From the IMG/VR virus record IMGVR_UViG_3300018488_000300: a stretch of DNA of 64,000 nt. The stretch is one strand, 5' to 3'. Numbering within the stretch: the stretch's first letter is position 1; every line of letters begins with the position of its first letter. Source of the DNA: a virus. Taxonomy: Duplodnaviria > Heunggongvirae > Uroviricota > Caudoviricetes. Shown one piece after another: positions 1 to 10,102 of the stretch. The translations under genes and the position numbers were made by a program. Below the pieces are notes generated by a model. That model did no database searches. It was not told the origin of the DNA and saw nothing but the letters and a program-made list of their open reading frames with translations.

Positions 1-289
1 ATATTTTGTGGATTTTAACTTGTCTTTTATATCCTTAATCATTTTCTTTTTATCATCCATTGCACCAATTTTAAAAACCTTTGGAATCATTGGTAGGTCA
101 ATATCAGTCCATTTTGTATCCCATTCGCTGTATTCATCTGGTTTTAATAGTCTACATACATGGCCTGCTAATGCAACAAAATCAATCTCTCCGACAATCG
201 AATCAATTTCTTTTTTATTTTTTTTATATGTTTTTTCAACTTCCCTCATCAAAGAAGGTTTTTCTGCTATAAATAAATATTTTTTCATA
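1..289 (-). CDS. topB: DNA topoisomerase III, N-terminal Toprim part (partial, runs off left edge)
   Basis: Minus-strand translation from the ATG at 289 gives MKKYLFIAEKPSLMREVEKTYKK...FVALAGHVCRLLKPDEYSEWDTKW..DLPMIP. LFIAEKPS and GH..L..P..Y..W are the type IA topoisomerase Toprim signature. No ORF in the supplied track because it is truncated by the window edge. Confidence 0.7.
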
Positions 290-469
290 TCCAATCTCCT
301 TTGTTTAATAATATTATGATTTAAAAATTTCATTTGTTATCCCAAAATCGAAAATATCTTCATTCTTTTAATTAAAACCATTCACTTAACTGACCTATTA
401 AAAGTGAAAAATAAAATTACAAGCAAGTATCAATATCTTAAATGAAAGGTTTACAATAGCCTAGAAATA

Positions 470-600
470 CCAAGTACCGTAGGCATACGGGAATTTACGC
501 TTGTGGACACTGTGTAAGACAAGCCAACACTGTAAAGTGTTAGGAATGCAGTAGTGGTCGAAGCAAGAATCCCACGGCTTCAGCCGTGTGAAGTGTCAAT
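470..600 (+). ncRNA. Candidate structured intergenic RNA (unknown family)
   Basis: ~130 nt, GC-richer than surroundings, several local hairpins (acactgtaaagtgt; ccacggcttcagccgtg), no ORF. Strand unknown. Confidence 0.2.
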
Positions 601-617
601 CTATGCATATGAATATT

Positions 618-650
618 AAAAAAGCTGCCGAGGCAGCTTTTACTTTTCTT
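618..650. terminator. Hairpin gctgccgaggcagc flanked by A-run/T-run (bidirectional intrinsic terminator)
   Basis: Perfect 6-bp stem (622-641) with T-tract on both strands, just downstream of the 640..915 minus ORF. Confidence 0.5.
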
Positions 651-915
651 CACACGAATCGTATAGTTTTAAATTATCTCTTAGTAATTTATTTATGTAT
701 TTATAGGACTCCTTCTCTTCTTCTGTTTCTGGTGGATTATTTGTTTCTACAATCCACAATAGAAATGGAATATTTACATTGATTTCTTCACCCATTTTTT
801 CTTTTAATTCATCCGGAGTAGGCCACCAATCATCACAAGAATATTTATTTTCATGAAGTCGGTCCACTAATTCATCATATTCTGTAAATGTCATTTTTTT
901 CATTTCTTTTACCAC
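640..915 (-). CDS. Hypothetical small acidic protein (91 aa)
   Basis: ORF with a terminator immediately downstream. No recognisable motif. Confidence 0.35.
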   Translation of the reverse strand: MVKEMKKMTFTEYDELVDRLHENKYSCDDWWPTPDELKEKMGEEINVNIPFLLWIVETNNPPETEEEKESYKYINKLLRDNLKLYDSCEEK

Positions 916-1582
916 CTTTGATTTTTTCTAATTTATGTTTTGATTGTAATTCATAGATTGGTTGTAATTCCGGACTAATATATGGCTTTAGCATTAGATA
1001 ATCATCGTTTGTAAAATTATCATTTACAAACATTATATAATACAATGCTAAATTTCCTTTCTCATCTTCCGAATTTACATTCGAGTGAAACATCCTAATC
1101 GTTTCAAATATTGATTGACATATATAATTAGGATAGTCCATCTTATATTTTCTCCCATTGATGAAATAAACTCTATATAATTGAAGATACATTACTATAT
1201 CTTCTGCAGTTTTACAGCCTATATTTTTATATTCTTTTTTTGTTATTGGCAAGTTTTTTATTAATTTTACTTCATAACAATTTTTCTTTATAACTAAATA
1301 AATCTTTTGTATAATATTTTTTAATACAAAACAAATACAAATTCCTATATAAATAAGACCATTGTAAAATCCAATTTTAAAAAAACTCTCATGATATCCA
1401 TTCAAATATATAATAATTGACAATAATCCATAAGTAATATCCAAAAATAAAAATAATTCACTACAGACTACTATAACAACACTCGTTGAGAGAAATAATA
1501 CTTCTATTAAAGGTTTAACCTTCATTTTCCACCATATATATAAATATTTACGTTTATCAAAACTCAACATATATCTTAACAA
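875..1582 (-). CDS. Hypothetical membrane protein (235 aa)
   Basis: Several hydrophobic segments in the N-terminal half. No motif recognised. Confidence 0.4.
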   Translation of the reverse strand: MLRYMLSFDKRKYLYIWWKMKVKPLIEVLFLSTSVVIVVCSELFLFLDITYGLLSIIIYLNGYHESFFKIGFYNGLIYIGICICFVLKNIIQKIYLVIKKNCYEVKLIKNLPITKKEYKNIGCKTAEDIVMYLQLYRVYFINGRKYKMDYPNYICQSIFETIRMFHSNVNSEDEKGNLALYYIMFVNDNFTNDDYLMLKPYISPELQPIYELQSKHKLEKIKGGKRNEKNDIYRI

Positions 1583-1616
1583 TTCTCCTTTTCATTTTTT
1601 GTGCTTTAAACATTTC

Positions 1617-2021
1617 TTATTTTCCATCTGTCATTTTCAGTTCTTCATTAATTTGTTGCTTTACTGTTATTAAGCGGCTAATTACACTATATTGCATCTT
1701 TACGGCTTCCACCAGGTTATTGATTGCTTCTTTCCTGTCAATTGCATCTTCTTCGTCCTCTTTCTTTTTTTCTTTTGAACGCTTCGTCTGTCGGACTTTT
1801 ATTTTTGCTACAGATGACAGATATGTTAAGTAAGAATATGCATTACCGGTCTGCACAAGCATTTTTTGGATTACAGCCATATCACTTAATGAAATAGTTT
1901 CTTCATTAAATGGAATTTGAAAATTATATTCACTCCATAATAAATCTGTTAATTCTTTTGGCTGGAGCAAGAATAATTCTTCTGCATTATAGTCAGATAG
2001 TCTTTTTTTTGTTATTTCCAT
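1617..2021 (-). CDS. Hypothetical protein (134 aa)
   Basis: ORF only. Lysine/glutamate-rich centre. Confidence 0.4.
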   Translation of the reverse strand: MEITKKRLSDYNAEELFLLQPKELTDLLWSEYNFQIPFNEETISLSDMAVIQKMLVQTGNAYSYLTYLSSVAKIKVRQTKRSKEKKKEDEEDAIDRKEAINNLVEAVKMQYSVISRLITVKQQINEELKMTDGK

Positions 2022-2083
2022 GCAGTCTCCTTTCTTTTACACCCTATTAATATTATGACTGTATTTTTTATTTTTGTTAACAT

Positions 2084-2112
2084 GACAAAAAAAGAGCTAT
2101 GTAAAATGCTCT
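2084..2112 (-). terminator. Intrinsic terminator downstream of the kinase-phosphatase gene
   Basis: Minus-strand hairpin agagcattttacatagctct followed by a T7 run. Confidence 0.6.
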
Positions 2113-2188
2113 TTTTTTATAGTTAACGTTTGTTTCAACTCACACATACCAAAGATGATGTAATTTCTTATTTATGTCAGCGATCATT

Positions 2189-3394
2189 TCAACAAGCACT
2201 TTCCATCCTTACAAAGGAAGTATTTTCATACTCTTTCTCATGAAAACCGTTGGTGTCAAGTGTCAACCATCGCAGTGTGCCACCATTATCAACACCATTC
2301 TCAAGGAAATAAACACGATTGCCTGAATTCATTGCTAATCTGCCAGGATTTCTGTGGCCAAAAACTTCGTACCAGTTTGGTGGCATTGAATCTGCAAAAG
2401 TTTTTGAGATACATGGAAGATCAATATACAGTCCTACTCCATGGATCATCTGGTGTCCAGAAATATAATCAATATGTTCTGGTATGGTCGCAAGACCTCC
2501 ATGTGTGTTAAGCACATTTTTTCCGTTGTGGCTATAAATAAAACATTCTTTTAGTTTCTGCCTATACAGCTTTCTAATTTCCTTTTTATTTAAACCATTA
2601 AGCTGTGGAAGCGTGTTTGTCAAGAACTCTTCTGAATATTCCTCTATTCCATTGCTCCAATTCCATATCCAATGCTCATGGTTTCCTTCACAAAGGACTA
2701 CATTCGGTTTGTTCTTGATTGATAGTAAGAATTTAAGAATCCTATCATTATGAGGTCCTTTATCTGTGTAGTCACCAAGGAAGATATAAAATTCATCTTT
2801 GCGTAAGTTCCCATTATCATTCAGTGCCCTTTTTAATACTTCATCACACCCATGGATATCTCCAATATGATGGATTTTCTTGTATCCTGATAAATCCACA
2901 GTTTTTTCATATATTAAGTTTAACTCGTCCGGCTTGATTACTTTTATTTTATCTGGCAGTGCTTCCTCTTTGAATTCATTGTAAGCATTTTCGACAACGC
3001 TGTCTGGAACCCTTTTTCTTGCAGAACGGTGAATATTTCTGAATTTTGCAATGCCGATTGGAACTGTTGTAAAATCAATAACATACAATTCATATCGGTA
3101 TTTCAAGGCTAAATCCTGATACTTCTGAATTTGTGATTTCTTGCTGTTCACACAATCAATCACAGTAAATTCTCCGTTCTTCATACGCTCTTCCAATATA
3201 CTGAATAGAGTATCATAAGCCTGTGCATTCGCCTTTTGACCAGTAGATTCTCGTCCATAGATTGTCTGTATCGGGCTTTGATATAACATCCTGATATTGT
3301 CAAATGATAAGGTGTATGGAACCAGTTTCTTGTCTTTAATCCATGTTGTTTTTCCTGCGCCAGGAGCTCCTCTTAAAACTAATACTTTACGCAT
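2189..3394 (-). CDS. Polynucleotide kinase-phosphatase-like protein: P-loop kinase fused to calcineurin-type metallophosphoesterase
   Basis: N-terminal Walker A VLVLRGAPGAGKTTW. C-terminal half has GDIHG, GDYTDKG and GNHE metallophosphoesterase motifs. Stop codon is TGA (2189-2191). Confidence 0.6.
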   Translation of the reverse strand: MRKVLVLRGAPGAGKTTWIKDKKLVPYTLSFDNIRMLYQSPIQTIYGRESTGQKANAQAYDTLFSILEERMKNGEFTVIDCVNSKKSQIQKYQDLALKYRYELYVIDFTTVPIGIAKFRNIHRSARKRVPDSVVENAYNEFKEEALPDKIKVIKPDELNLIYEKTVDLSGYKKIHHIGDIHGCDEVLKRALNDNGNLRKDEFYIFLGDYTDKGPHNDRILKFLLSIKNKPNVVLCEGNHEHWIWNWSNGIEEYSEEFLTNTLPQLNGLNKKEIRKLYRQKLKECFIYSHNGKNVLNTHGGLATIPEHIDYISGHQMIHGVGLYIDLPCISKTFADSMPPNWYEVFGHRNPGRLAMNSGNRVYFLENGVDNGGTLRWLTLDTNGFHEKEYENTSFVRMESAC

Positions 3395-3610
3395 ACGTTT
3401 ACCTCCACTCCTGCATATTTTCTATATTTGAAACAGGCCTCTCCTGTATTCAGTTTGCTGTTTGTGTATTGTGGCCGTTTTGGCCATAAGGTGATATTTC
3501 TGTTTATATTCATTCTTGTACCCTCCATTTTTCCCTTATATGCTTTAATATGGAATTTTAATCATATAAATAAAAAGAGATGTAACTTTGTAATTACACC
3601 TCTTAATAAC

Positions 3611-5266
3611 TTATTCATTTGGAACTTCGTCCGTATCATCCTGTGGTATGTTTTGGTTTTCTTGAACATCCATCGGATCTTCATCCGTATTCTCCATAGA
3701 GGATTGTTCTCCAGTTGTTGATTCAACTGGCTGTGTATCTGTTACACTTTCGAATTTAAACCATACACGCCCGAGTTCTTCACCTTTTATGGTCAGTGTC
3801 CATTCTCCTGGTTCCACAGCGGATAATGGAAGTGTTAGATTTCCATAAGTAGATGCGAATGTTCCATCATCACTACTTCTAACATACTTATATTCTGTCC
3901 CTGATGGAGATGTTATTTTAGATTCTTCTACTGCATGTTCAGATTTTTCCCAATTGATAATCGCATTGGCAGATCCGCTTATTCCATCTGTATGAATGGT
4001 AAGTTTCCCTTCTCCCTTTCCGCTATGTATAAAACTATCGGCGTTACCACTTTCGATTGACTGGACATAACTTAAAGCATAATTTTCTAGATTATATAAA
4101 TTAACTGTCCATGTTCCAGATTTCATACCATTTATGGAAATAGAAAGATGTTCTCTTTTGTCTTTTGTGAAGGTATCGAACTTTGTTGACTGTCCATCTG
4201 GTGAAACAATCTCTGCATAGGGTTCTCTATAACTTAGACTGTCCTTATTTTCCTTTCCTGTTAATTCATATGAAATATCTAATGAATAAGTTTTTTGAGT
4301 TGCATCAATCGATATTTCAAATATATTGGAAGGTTCTTCTTTTTCATTATCCGTAATCTTTCCTTTTAATTTATCATACTCTTCTTTTGTAATTTTCTTT
4401 CCATTTTGGTTCTCATAAAAATATGGTACAGAAAAATCTACGCCTGCTACACCATCAGCTTTTTCATTTGCAACATATCTGAATACTCCAATACCATTTA
4501 TGTAATAATATCCGCTTAAAAGATAGTCAGGGATTGTAATCTCAGCATATCCTTCCGGGTTTAATGCATACTCGTTCAGTTCATATAATTCCATAGATGA
4601 CAGGACATGTGTATCTACTGTCGCTGGCAGTTCATAATGCTTTGTACCAATATATAGATCTATGTTCGCAATACTGCCTGTTTTCAATCCGTTTATGGTA
4701 CCACATTCCGAAAGGTCTTCTATCGTAATCTGTTTACCAGCAATCCGGTCTACAATTATCAGTGCAGATTCATCACTGATTGATAAGGTTGGCAGGCTTT
4801 CATTTAGGGAAGAAGAATGATCATATGACGACTTTCCAATTACATATTTTACTTTGTTGGATTCATCTTCCTGTAAGTTATAAAAACCGACAGACCATCC
4901 TAAATCCTTAAACCGTTCCAATGTAATTCCAGAAATGCCGCTTGTTGTTGAATATACCAGCTTATCATCCTTATACAGTGTTGGAATCATTACATCATTT
5001 TTTGTGAAACTTATGATACGGGATGGTTCGGATTCTTTTGCAATCCTGTTTTTTTCATCTAAATTCGATTGGCCTATGGCAACCGGATAAAACACATCAT
5101 CTGTCTTGACATAGAACATCCCATTCTTTAGATCCTCTTTTGGAGTCGCGGTCAATTCATATGTAGTTTCCTTTGTTTCTGCTTTTTTGTTTCCAAACGG
5201 TAAATTGCATCCCGAAAGCAGCATGGCTGATGCCAATACTACGAGAATAATCTTATAGAATTTCAT
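3611..5266 (-). CDS. Lipoprotein (551 aa) with acidic C-terminal tail
   Basis: Signal peptide MKFYKIILVVLASAMLLSGC with lipobox LSGC. No catalytic motif recognised. Confidence 0.55.
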   Translation of the reverse strand: MKFYKIILVVLASAMLLSGCNLPFGNKKAETKETTYELTATPKEDLKNGMFYVKTDDVFYPVAIGQSNLDEKNRIAKESEPSRIISFTKNDVMIPTLYKDDKLVYSTTSGISGITLERFKDLGWSVGFYNLQEDESNKVKYVIGKSSYDHSSSLNESLPTLSISDESALIIVDRIAGKQITIEDLSECGTINGLKTGSIANIDLYIGTKHYELPATVDTHVLSSMELYELNEYALNPEGYAEITIPDYLLSGYYYINGIGVFRYVANEKADGVAGVDFSVPYFYENQNGKKITKEEYDKLKGKITDNEKEEPSNIFEISIDATQKTYSLDISYELTGKENKDSLSYREPYAEIVSPDGQSTKFDTFTKDKREHLSISINGMKSGTWTVNLYNLENYALSYVQSIESGNADSFIHSGKGEGKLTIHTDGISGSANAIINWEKSEHAVEESKITSPSGTEYKYVRSSDDGTFASTYGNLTLPLSAVEPGEWTLTIKGEELGRVWFKFESVTDTQPVESTTGEQSSMENTDEDPMDVQENQNIPQDDTDEVPNE

Positions 5267-5346
5267 TGTTTCCCTCCTGTTTTGAATATTCTTATAATAA
5301 GTATGACTGAAATAATAAGGCTAATATAGCAGGCCTTATTCCTTAT

Positions 5347-5913
5347 TTAGTTAAAAGTCTTAAAACCCTTCCAATATTGGAACATTACTTTTGCTATGAT
5401 TTTGTCTTCGTATACAAAATGATTATCCCAGTATCTCGAATCGAGAGAGTTGTTCCGGTTATCACCCATACAGAAATATGCTCCTTCAGGGACCTCAAAT
5501 TTCATATATTTAGTTGCCATCATAGGATCATTTAAATAGTCTTCATATATTGGATGTCCATTCACATACACATGCCCAGTTGACATGTTTAATTTTGATG
5601 TTTCTGCATCCATGTCCACATCCGGAATGATTTCAATTGTATCTCCTGGTGTCCCTATGATACGTTTTACATAGTAGACGGATTCATTATCAGGATATTT
5701 AAATATAACAATATCGCCTCGCTCAGGCATCGTTCCAAATTTATATGCCAAACGGTTTCCAATCAAGCGGCTCCCTGTCATGATAGTTGATTCCATTGAG
5801 CCAGTCGGTACGATTGCATTTGCAATTAAGAAATGCGTTATAAACCATGCTAATAAGATAGCTGGAATCACTGTTTTTATAAAATCAAAAAAATCTTGTT
5901 TAAATGAATTCAT
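5347..5913 (-). CDS. lepB: Signal peptidase I (S26 family)
   Basis: N-terminal membrane anchor, catalytic Ser box VPTGSME, box E GDNRNNSLDSRYW. Overlaps the upstream helicase gene by 1 nt, suggesting an operon. Confidence 0.8.
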   Translation of the reverse strand: MNSFKQDFFDFIKTVIPAILLAWFITHFLIANAIVPTGSMESTIMTGSRLIGNRLAYKFGTMPERGDIVIFKYPDNESVYYVKRIIGTPGDTIEIIPDVDMDAETSKLNMSTGHVYVNGHPIYEDYLNDPMMATKYMKFEVPEGAYFCMGDNRNNSLDSRYWDNHFVYEDKIIAKVMFQYWKGFKTFN

Positions 5914-8168
5914 TATGCTGTCATTACCTTCCTTATTTTATCTACTAAACCTGTATACCGTTTATCTACAACTATAGTATGTACGGAATCACTCAAAGCG
6001 GAATTCATATAGACAATTAATACCCTTCTTTTTGCTCTAGTTACAGCTGTAAATAGCAGGTTCCGATTCAACATATTCTTGTAGGTGTCTGGTAACATGA
6101 TAATAATGTCCTCAAACTCGCTACCCTGGCTTTTATGCATTGTAATCGAATATGCAAGAGTCACATCCTTTAACGCATCGCCTGTAACTTTCTTGATTTC
6201 TTCTCCTACCTCTACTTCAATTCCATTTTTTATGATATTTGTGACATATCCTATATCTCCATTATAGTAATCTTTATCGTAATTATTTTTATGAAAAATA
6301 ACCTTATCACCAACTGTATAAGAATTCTTTCCAAAGTAATAAACAGGAGTGCCTGTTGGAACCTCTTTCCGTATTATTTTTGCTATTACTGTATTTATTT
6401 GGGTTGTTCCACACTCTCCACCTTTTATTGGTGTTAATATCTGTATCTTTTTCAAGTCTTCTTTTGCATACCATTCATTGAATTTATCAACAATACAATC
6501 AATCGCTTCTTTTTCTGTTTCAGCATGTTTGATTTCGAATTTATCATTTTTAATAAAATCCATCTTACCATTCAGTATCTTATATGCATTATCAATGATT
6601 GTATTATCTCCCTTTTGCCGGTATACTTTTGTAAGTTGATATACTTCAAACATCTTACATTTGAGTAAATCATAAAGAATGTTTCCTGGAGATACACTTT
6701 GTAACTGGTCCTTGTCGCCAATCAGTAGGACCGTTGTTCCGGTTCTTATTGCCTGCAAAAGCAGATAAAATAATTCCGTGTCTACCATGGACATTTCATC
6801 GACTACAATCAAATCTGCATCAATTGGATTTTCCTTATCTTTTGTTGCTCCAGAATTATCATCACCTGCAGAAAATGGCTTAAAATCAAGCAGTTTATGG
6901 ATGGTTCTTGCTTCTATCATTGTTATGTCCCACATTCTTTGTGCGGCTCTTCCGGTTGGTGCTGCTAATGCAATTTTTTTATCAGGGAACAAATCCATAT
7001 ATGAATTGATAAGTCCATTGATGGTCGTTGTCTTTCCGACACCTGGTCCTCCTGTTATTATTTTTATTCCTGGAGTTTTTATGGATTGGAAGGATTCTTT
7101 TTGTTCGTCCGAATACTCCATTTTAAATTCCAGCTCACGCTTTTTTATCATAGCCTCTATCTGTTCATTTGTTATTTGCTGTTTTCGATCCTTATTCAAC
7201 CGTTTTAAATTGTAAGCTATGGAGTATTCCCAGTCATAATAATCCTTTCGATAAATTCTGACTCCGTTTGTTACGATTTCTGTCTTGATTCCACTTATTT
7301 TTCCAAGCAGGATACCAACATAAGCAAATGGAATCATGGTGTCTGGATAAGATGACTTCTTTGCCACTTTTTCTATTTGTTTTTTTAACATGGACTGGAT
7401 AATATAAGTGGAACCATATTGTTCAAGTAATGTATTTAGTGCTTCATAAATGACTGCGATTACACGTTCTTTGTTTAATGGATCAAACTTACGATGTTTC
7501 CCTATTTTATCCATAGCATAGAAATCCAGTCCGATTGAGTGTCCTATTTTATATGGATGGGCTTTTAAACGACGCAGGGCTGTTGTACTATACATCTTTA
7601 TCAGTTTATTGCATGCAGCCATACTACAGCCGAAATGTGACACATAATCGATAATTGAATAGCTTTCATTAACAGACAACAACGATTCGTATATTTTTTC
7701 GATTTTCCAGTCTTCTGCCTTAATATTTGCTTTCAAAACATCCAGGCTGTCGGTTTTCTTTATATAATCTAATATATCAGGGCCAGAAATTTCTAATATT
7801 TTATTTATGATTCTTGGTCCAACTTTAAAATCTGCATTTTCTTCCTTTAGGTTTTTTATAACTTGTTTAATTAGTTTCTTACTCAAATCCTCGGTTGCTG
7901 TATATGGTTTTGCAGTTTCAATCAGGAATCTTGAACCTTCCTCATTCCATTCGCCATTCACAATAATCTGTAGCTCTTCTGGCCATTCTGGTATGATTCC
8001 TTCACATTCTACTTCTCCATTTCTGTTTCTCTTCACATCAATCTCATCTGTTTCTACTCCAAATATGGTGTCTCCTGTATAGCTGTTTCTTTTATATATC
8101 CGTTTAAATACACCTTTGAAATGATTCACCATAATATTCACCTCCAAGTATAGTATCTGTTTTTTCAC
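5913..8168 (-). CDS. recD2: RecD2-like SF1 DNA helicase (AAA_30 + UvrD_C type)
   Basis: Walker A GGPGVGKTT, LAAPTGRAAQRM, Walker B VVDEMSMVD, LIGDKDQLQSVSPG and a C-terminal ...SITMHKSQGSEFEDIII...TAVTRAKRRV block, typical of RecD/TraA-like helicases. Confidence 0.75.
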   Translation of the reverse strand: MKKQILYLEVNIMVNHFKGVFKRIYKRNSYTGDTIFGVETDEIDVKRNRNGEVECEGIIPEWPEELQIIVNGEWNEEGSRFLIETAKPYTATEDLSKKLIKQVIKNLKEENADFKVGPRIINKILEISGPDILDYIKKTDSLDVLKANIKAEDWKIEKIYESLLSVNESYSIIDYVSHFGCSMAACNKLIKMYSTTALRRLKAHPYKIGHSIGLDFYAMDKIGKHRKFDPLNKERVIAVIYEALNTLLEQYGSTYIIQSMLKKQIEKVAKKSSYPDTMIPFAYVGILLGKISGIKTEIVTNGVRIYRKDYYDWEYSIAYNLKRLNKDRKQQITNEQIEAMIKKRELEFKMEYSDEQKESFQSIKTPGIKIITGGPGVGKTTTINGLINSYMDLFPDKKIALAAPTGRAAQRMWDITMIEARTIHKLLDFKPFSAGDDNSGATKDKENPIDADLIVVDEMSMVDTELFYLLLQAIRTGTTVLLIGDKDQLQSVSPGNILYDLLKCKMFEVYQLTKVYRQKGDNTIIDNAYKILNGKMDFIKNDKFEIKHAETEKEAIDCIVDKFNEWYAKEDLKKIQILTPIKGGECGTTQINTVIAKIIRKEVPTGTPVYYFGKNSYTVGDKVIFHKNNYDKDYYNGDIGYVTNIIKNGIEVEVGEEIKKVTGDALKDVTLAYSITMHKSQGSEFEDIIIMLPDTYKNMLNRNLLFTAVTRAKRRVLIVYMNSALSDSVHTIVVDKRYTGLVDKIRKVMTA

Positions 8169-8283
8169 GGATTTGGATTAAAAAAAGCAAAATTGTTTGG
8201 CTTAAATATTTGACATATTAAAAGCAAACATGAAAAAAGGAGGAAAATTAAAGTCAGATGAATTTTAAGAAGCAAAATGCAAA

Positions 8284-9174
8284 TTGGGTTTTATTAGAAA
8301 TCCTATCTCTACAAACCAATTTTACAAAGTTAATAGTAGGTCTAAAAAAAATGGCTTTAATAAACAGAACATGAATCATGACATTAAAGAAGATATGTCC
8401 AAAAACTGTATATTGGGACATGATGAAAATAATCGTTTAGCTGTGTTGGCTAAACAAGGCGACAATGAGGCCAAAGAAAAACTATTATCTCACAATTATA
8501 AATTAATTAGCAAATTAGCTAATCTATATAAGACAGCCAATTATTCTGAAGATGATTTATTTCAGGATGGAATTGTTGGAATGATAAATGCCCTAGCCAC
8601 ATATGACGAAACAAAAGCCTCATTTACAACGCATGCATTTAGTTGGATACGAGCCGAAATGAAAGATAAGACGTCTAAGAACAGTTCGGATTTTCACTAC
8701 AATTCAACTTTTTATGATAAGCTAAGAAAATATGAAAGATTGGTCAAGGCTACGAAACGTACCACCTTTACAGCAGATGAATTAGCACAATTTAATCTAA
8801 CCGAAAAGGATGTAGAAAAAGTTCAGAAGTATAAAAGGGATGCCTGCTATTCATTGGATTCCCTTACTGAAAACGGAGTTCCCATATCTCATGATGAAAA
8901 CAGTGATTTAGTGTCGAATGAATCAATTGAAAACATCATCATCAATAAGGAATTGAAAGCATTAATAAATAATGAAATTGAAAATCGCTTGAAGCCACTA
9001 GAACAATATGTCATCATCAATACATTTGGGATTAATGGCCATGTGCGAAAATTATCAGATCTTGCAGCTGAACTTGGTGTTTCCCGCCAATATGTTTACA
9101 AGATAAAAGCCAATGCAATTCGAAAACTAAAGGAAAGCGAAGATTTGAATCATTTTTTTGATGCTAATGACTAA
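8284..9174 (+). CDS. Sigma-70 family RNA polymerase sigma factor (true start probably internal, near 8371 or 8395)
   Basis: Region 2 DDLFQDGIVGMINALATYDE...FSWIRAEMKD and region 4 HTH LSDLAAELGVSRQYVYKIKANAIRKLK. Terminator immediately downstream. Confidence 0.7.
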   Translation: MGFIRNPISTNQFYKVNSRSKKNGFNKQNMNHDIKEDMSKNCILGHDENNRLAVLAKQGDNEAKEKLLSHNYKLISKLANLYKTANYSEDDLFQDGIVGMINALATYDETKASFTTHAFSWIRAEMKDKTSKNSSDFHYNSTFYDKLRKYERLVKATKRTTFTADELAQFNLTEKDVEKVQKYKRDACYSLDSLTENGVPISHDENSDLVSNESIENIIINKELKALINNEIENRLKPLEQYVIINTFGINGHVRKLSDLAAELGVSRQYVYKIKANAIRKLKESEDLNHFFDAND

Positions 9175-9200
9175 CGGCAGAAATGCCGTTTTTATTTTAT
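9175..9200 (+). terminator. Intrinsic terminator after the sigma factor gene
   Basis: cggcagaaatgccg hairpin followed by tttttatttta. Confidence 0.6.
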
Positions 9201-9249
9201 TCCTTTATATCGCATTATATTTATATCTTGACTAAGAAGGAGGAAATGT

Positions 9250-10089
9250 ATGTATGATATTGATCTGATTGTTGAAGAAGCGTCTCCTATCGGAATTGTA
9301 AAATATCTTAATATTCCATATAAAGAGTCTGGAAAAACAATATTCATAGAATGTCCTGTCCACGAACGTGAAACTGGTTCCAGGGACCGTCATATAAATA
9401 ACTGTGTGTTGGGTAAAACTTTTAGAAAAGCGTTCTACTGCCATAGTTGTCATGGCTCTGGAAACGGATTTGAATTAATAGCTGGCTACTTACACCTGGA
9501 CATTAAGAAAGATTTTGTTCAAATTCTAAAGATTGCAGCGGAATCCTGTGGTGGTGAAGAACTCTTTATCATTTCAAACTCCGAATATTCCCAACGCAAA
9601 AAGAAAAAAGAAGCACTTGAGGAATTTGGAATCTTTGTTGATGAGTTAAATGAACTCGGATTGGAGTCCAATCTCTTTACGCAAATATATATTGCAAGCT
9701 ACGATGAGTCTCAGCTCTCTGATACATATGGACTGAAGCGAGATGCGAATTTTGATGTGTATACACCCAATCAGCTAAATAAGGTTTCCTATTTGGATGT
9801 ACAGACACAAGGCAGGCTTTTTAGTTCATTACCTCGTGATATATACTTTGACATTATTAAAAGTAAGGCCAAAGAAAAAATGGAACTTTATAAAAAAATG
9901 GTTACTGAGCGTAGTTTATTTGAACATCCACTCATGTCTTCCGTGGATCCAGAGCAAAGGGAAAGCCTTGCTGAAGAATTAAAAAATGAGTTTAGACTGA
10001 GATACATATCAATTGAAAATATTTATTGTAAAGTTGCATCCGAAGATGAAATTTCCGAACTAAATAACAACTGGTTATATGACATATAG
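9250..10089 (+). CDS. CHC2 zinc-finger (primase-type) domain protein
   Basis: Strong RBS AAGGAGG-N6-ATG. N-terminus ECPVHERETGS...C..C matches the CHC2 zinc finger of DnaG/TraC-type primases. No Toprim catalytic domain recognised. Confidence 0.5.
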   Translation: MYDIDLIVEEASPIGIVKYLNIPYKESGKTIFIECPVHERETGSRDRHINNCVLGKTFRKAFYCHSCHGSGNGFELIAGYLHLDIKKDFVQILKIAAESCGGEELFIISNSEYSQRKKKKEALEEFGIFVDELNELGLESNLFTQIYIASYDESQLSDTYGLKRDANFDVYTPNQLNKVSYLDVQTQGRLFSSLPRDIYFDIIKSKAKEKMELYKKMVTERSLFEHPLMSSVDPEQRESLAEELKNEFRLRYISIENIYCKVASEDEISELNNNWLYDI

Positions 10090-10102
10090 AATAAAAGCCT
10101 GA

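Noticed and set aside
8-319. Plus-strand ORFs 8..319 and 81..272
   Set aside because: They are antisense to the clearly conserved topoisomerase III N-terminus on the minus strand. They have low-complexity composition and no RBS.
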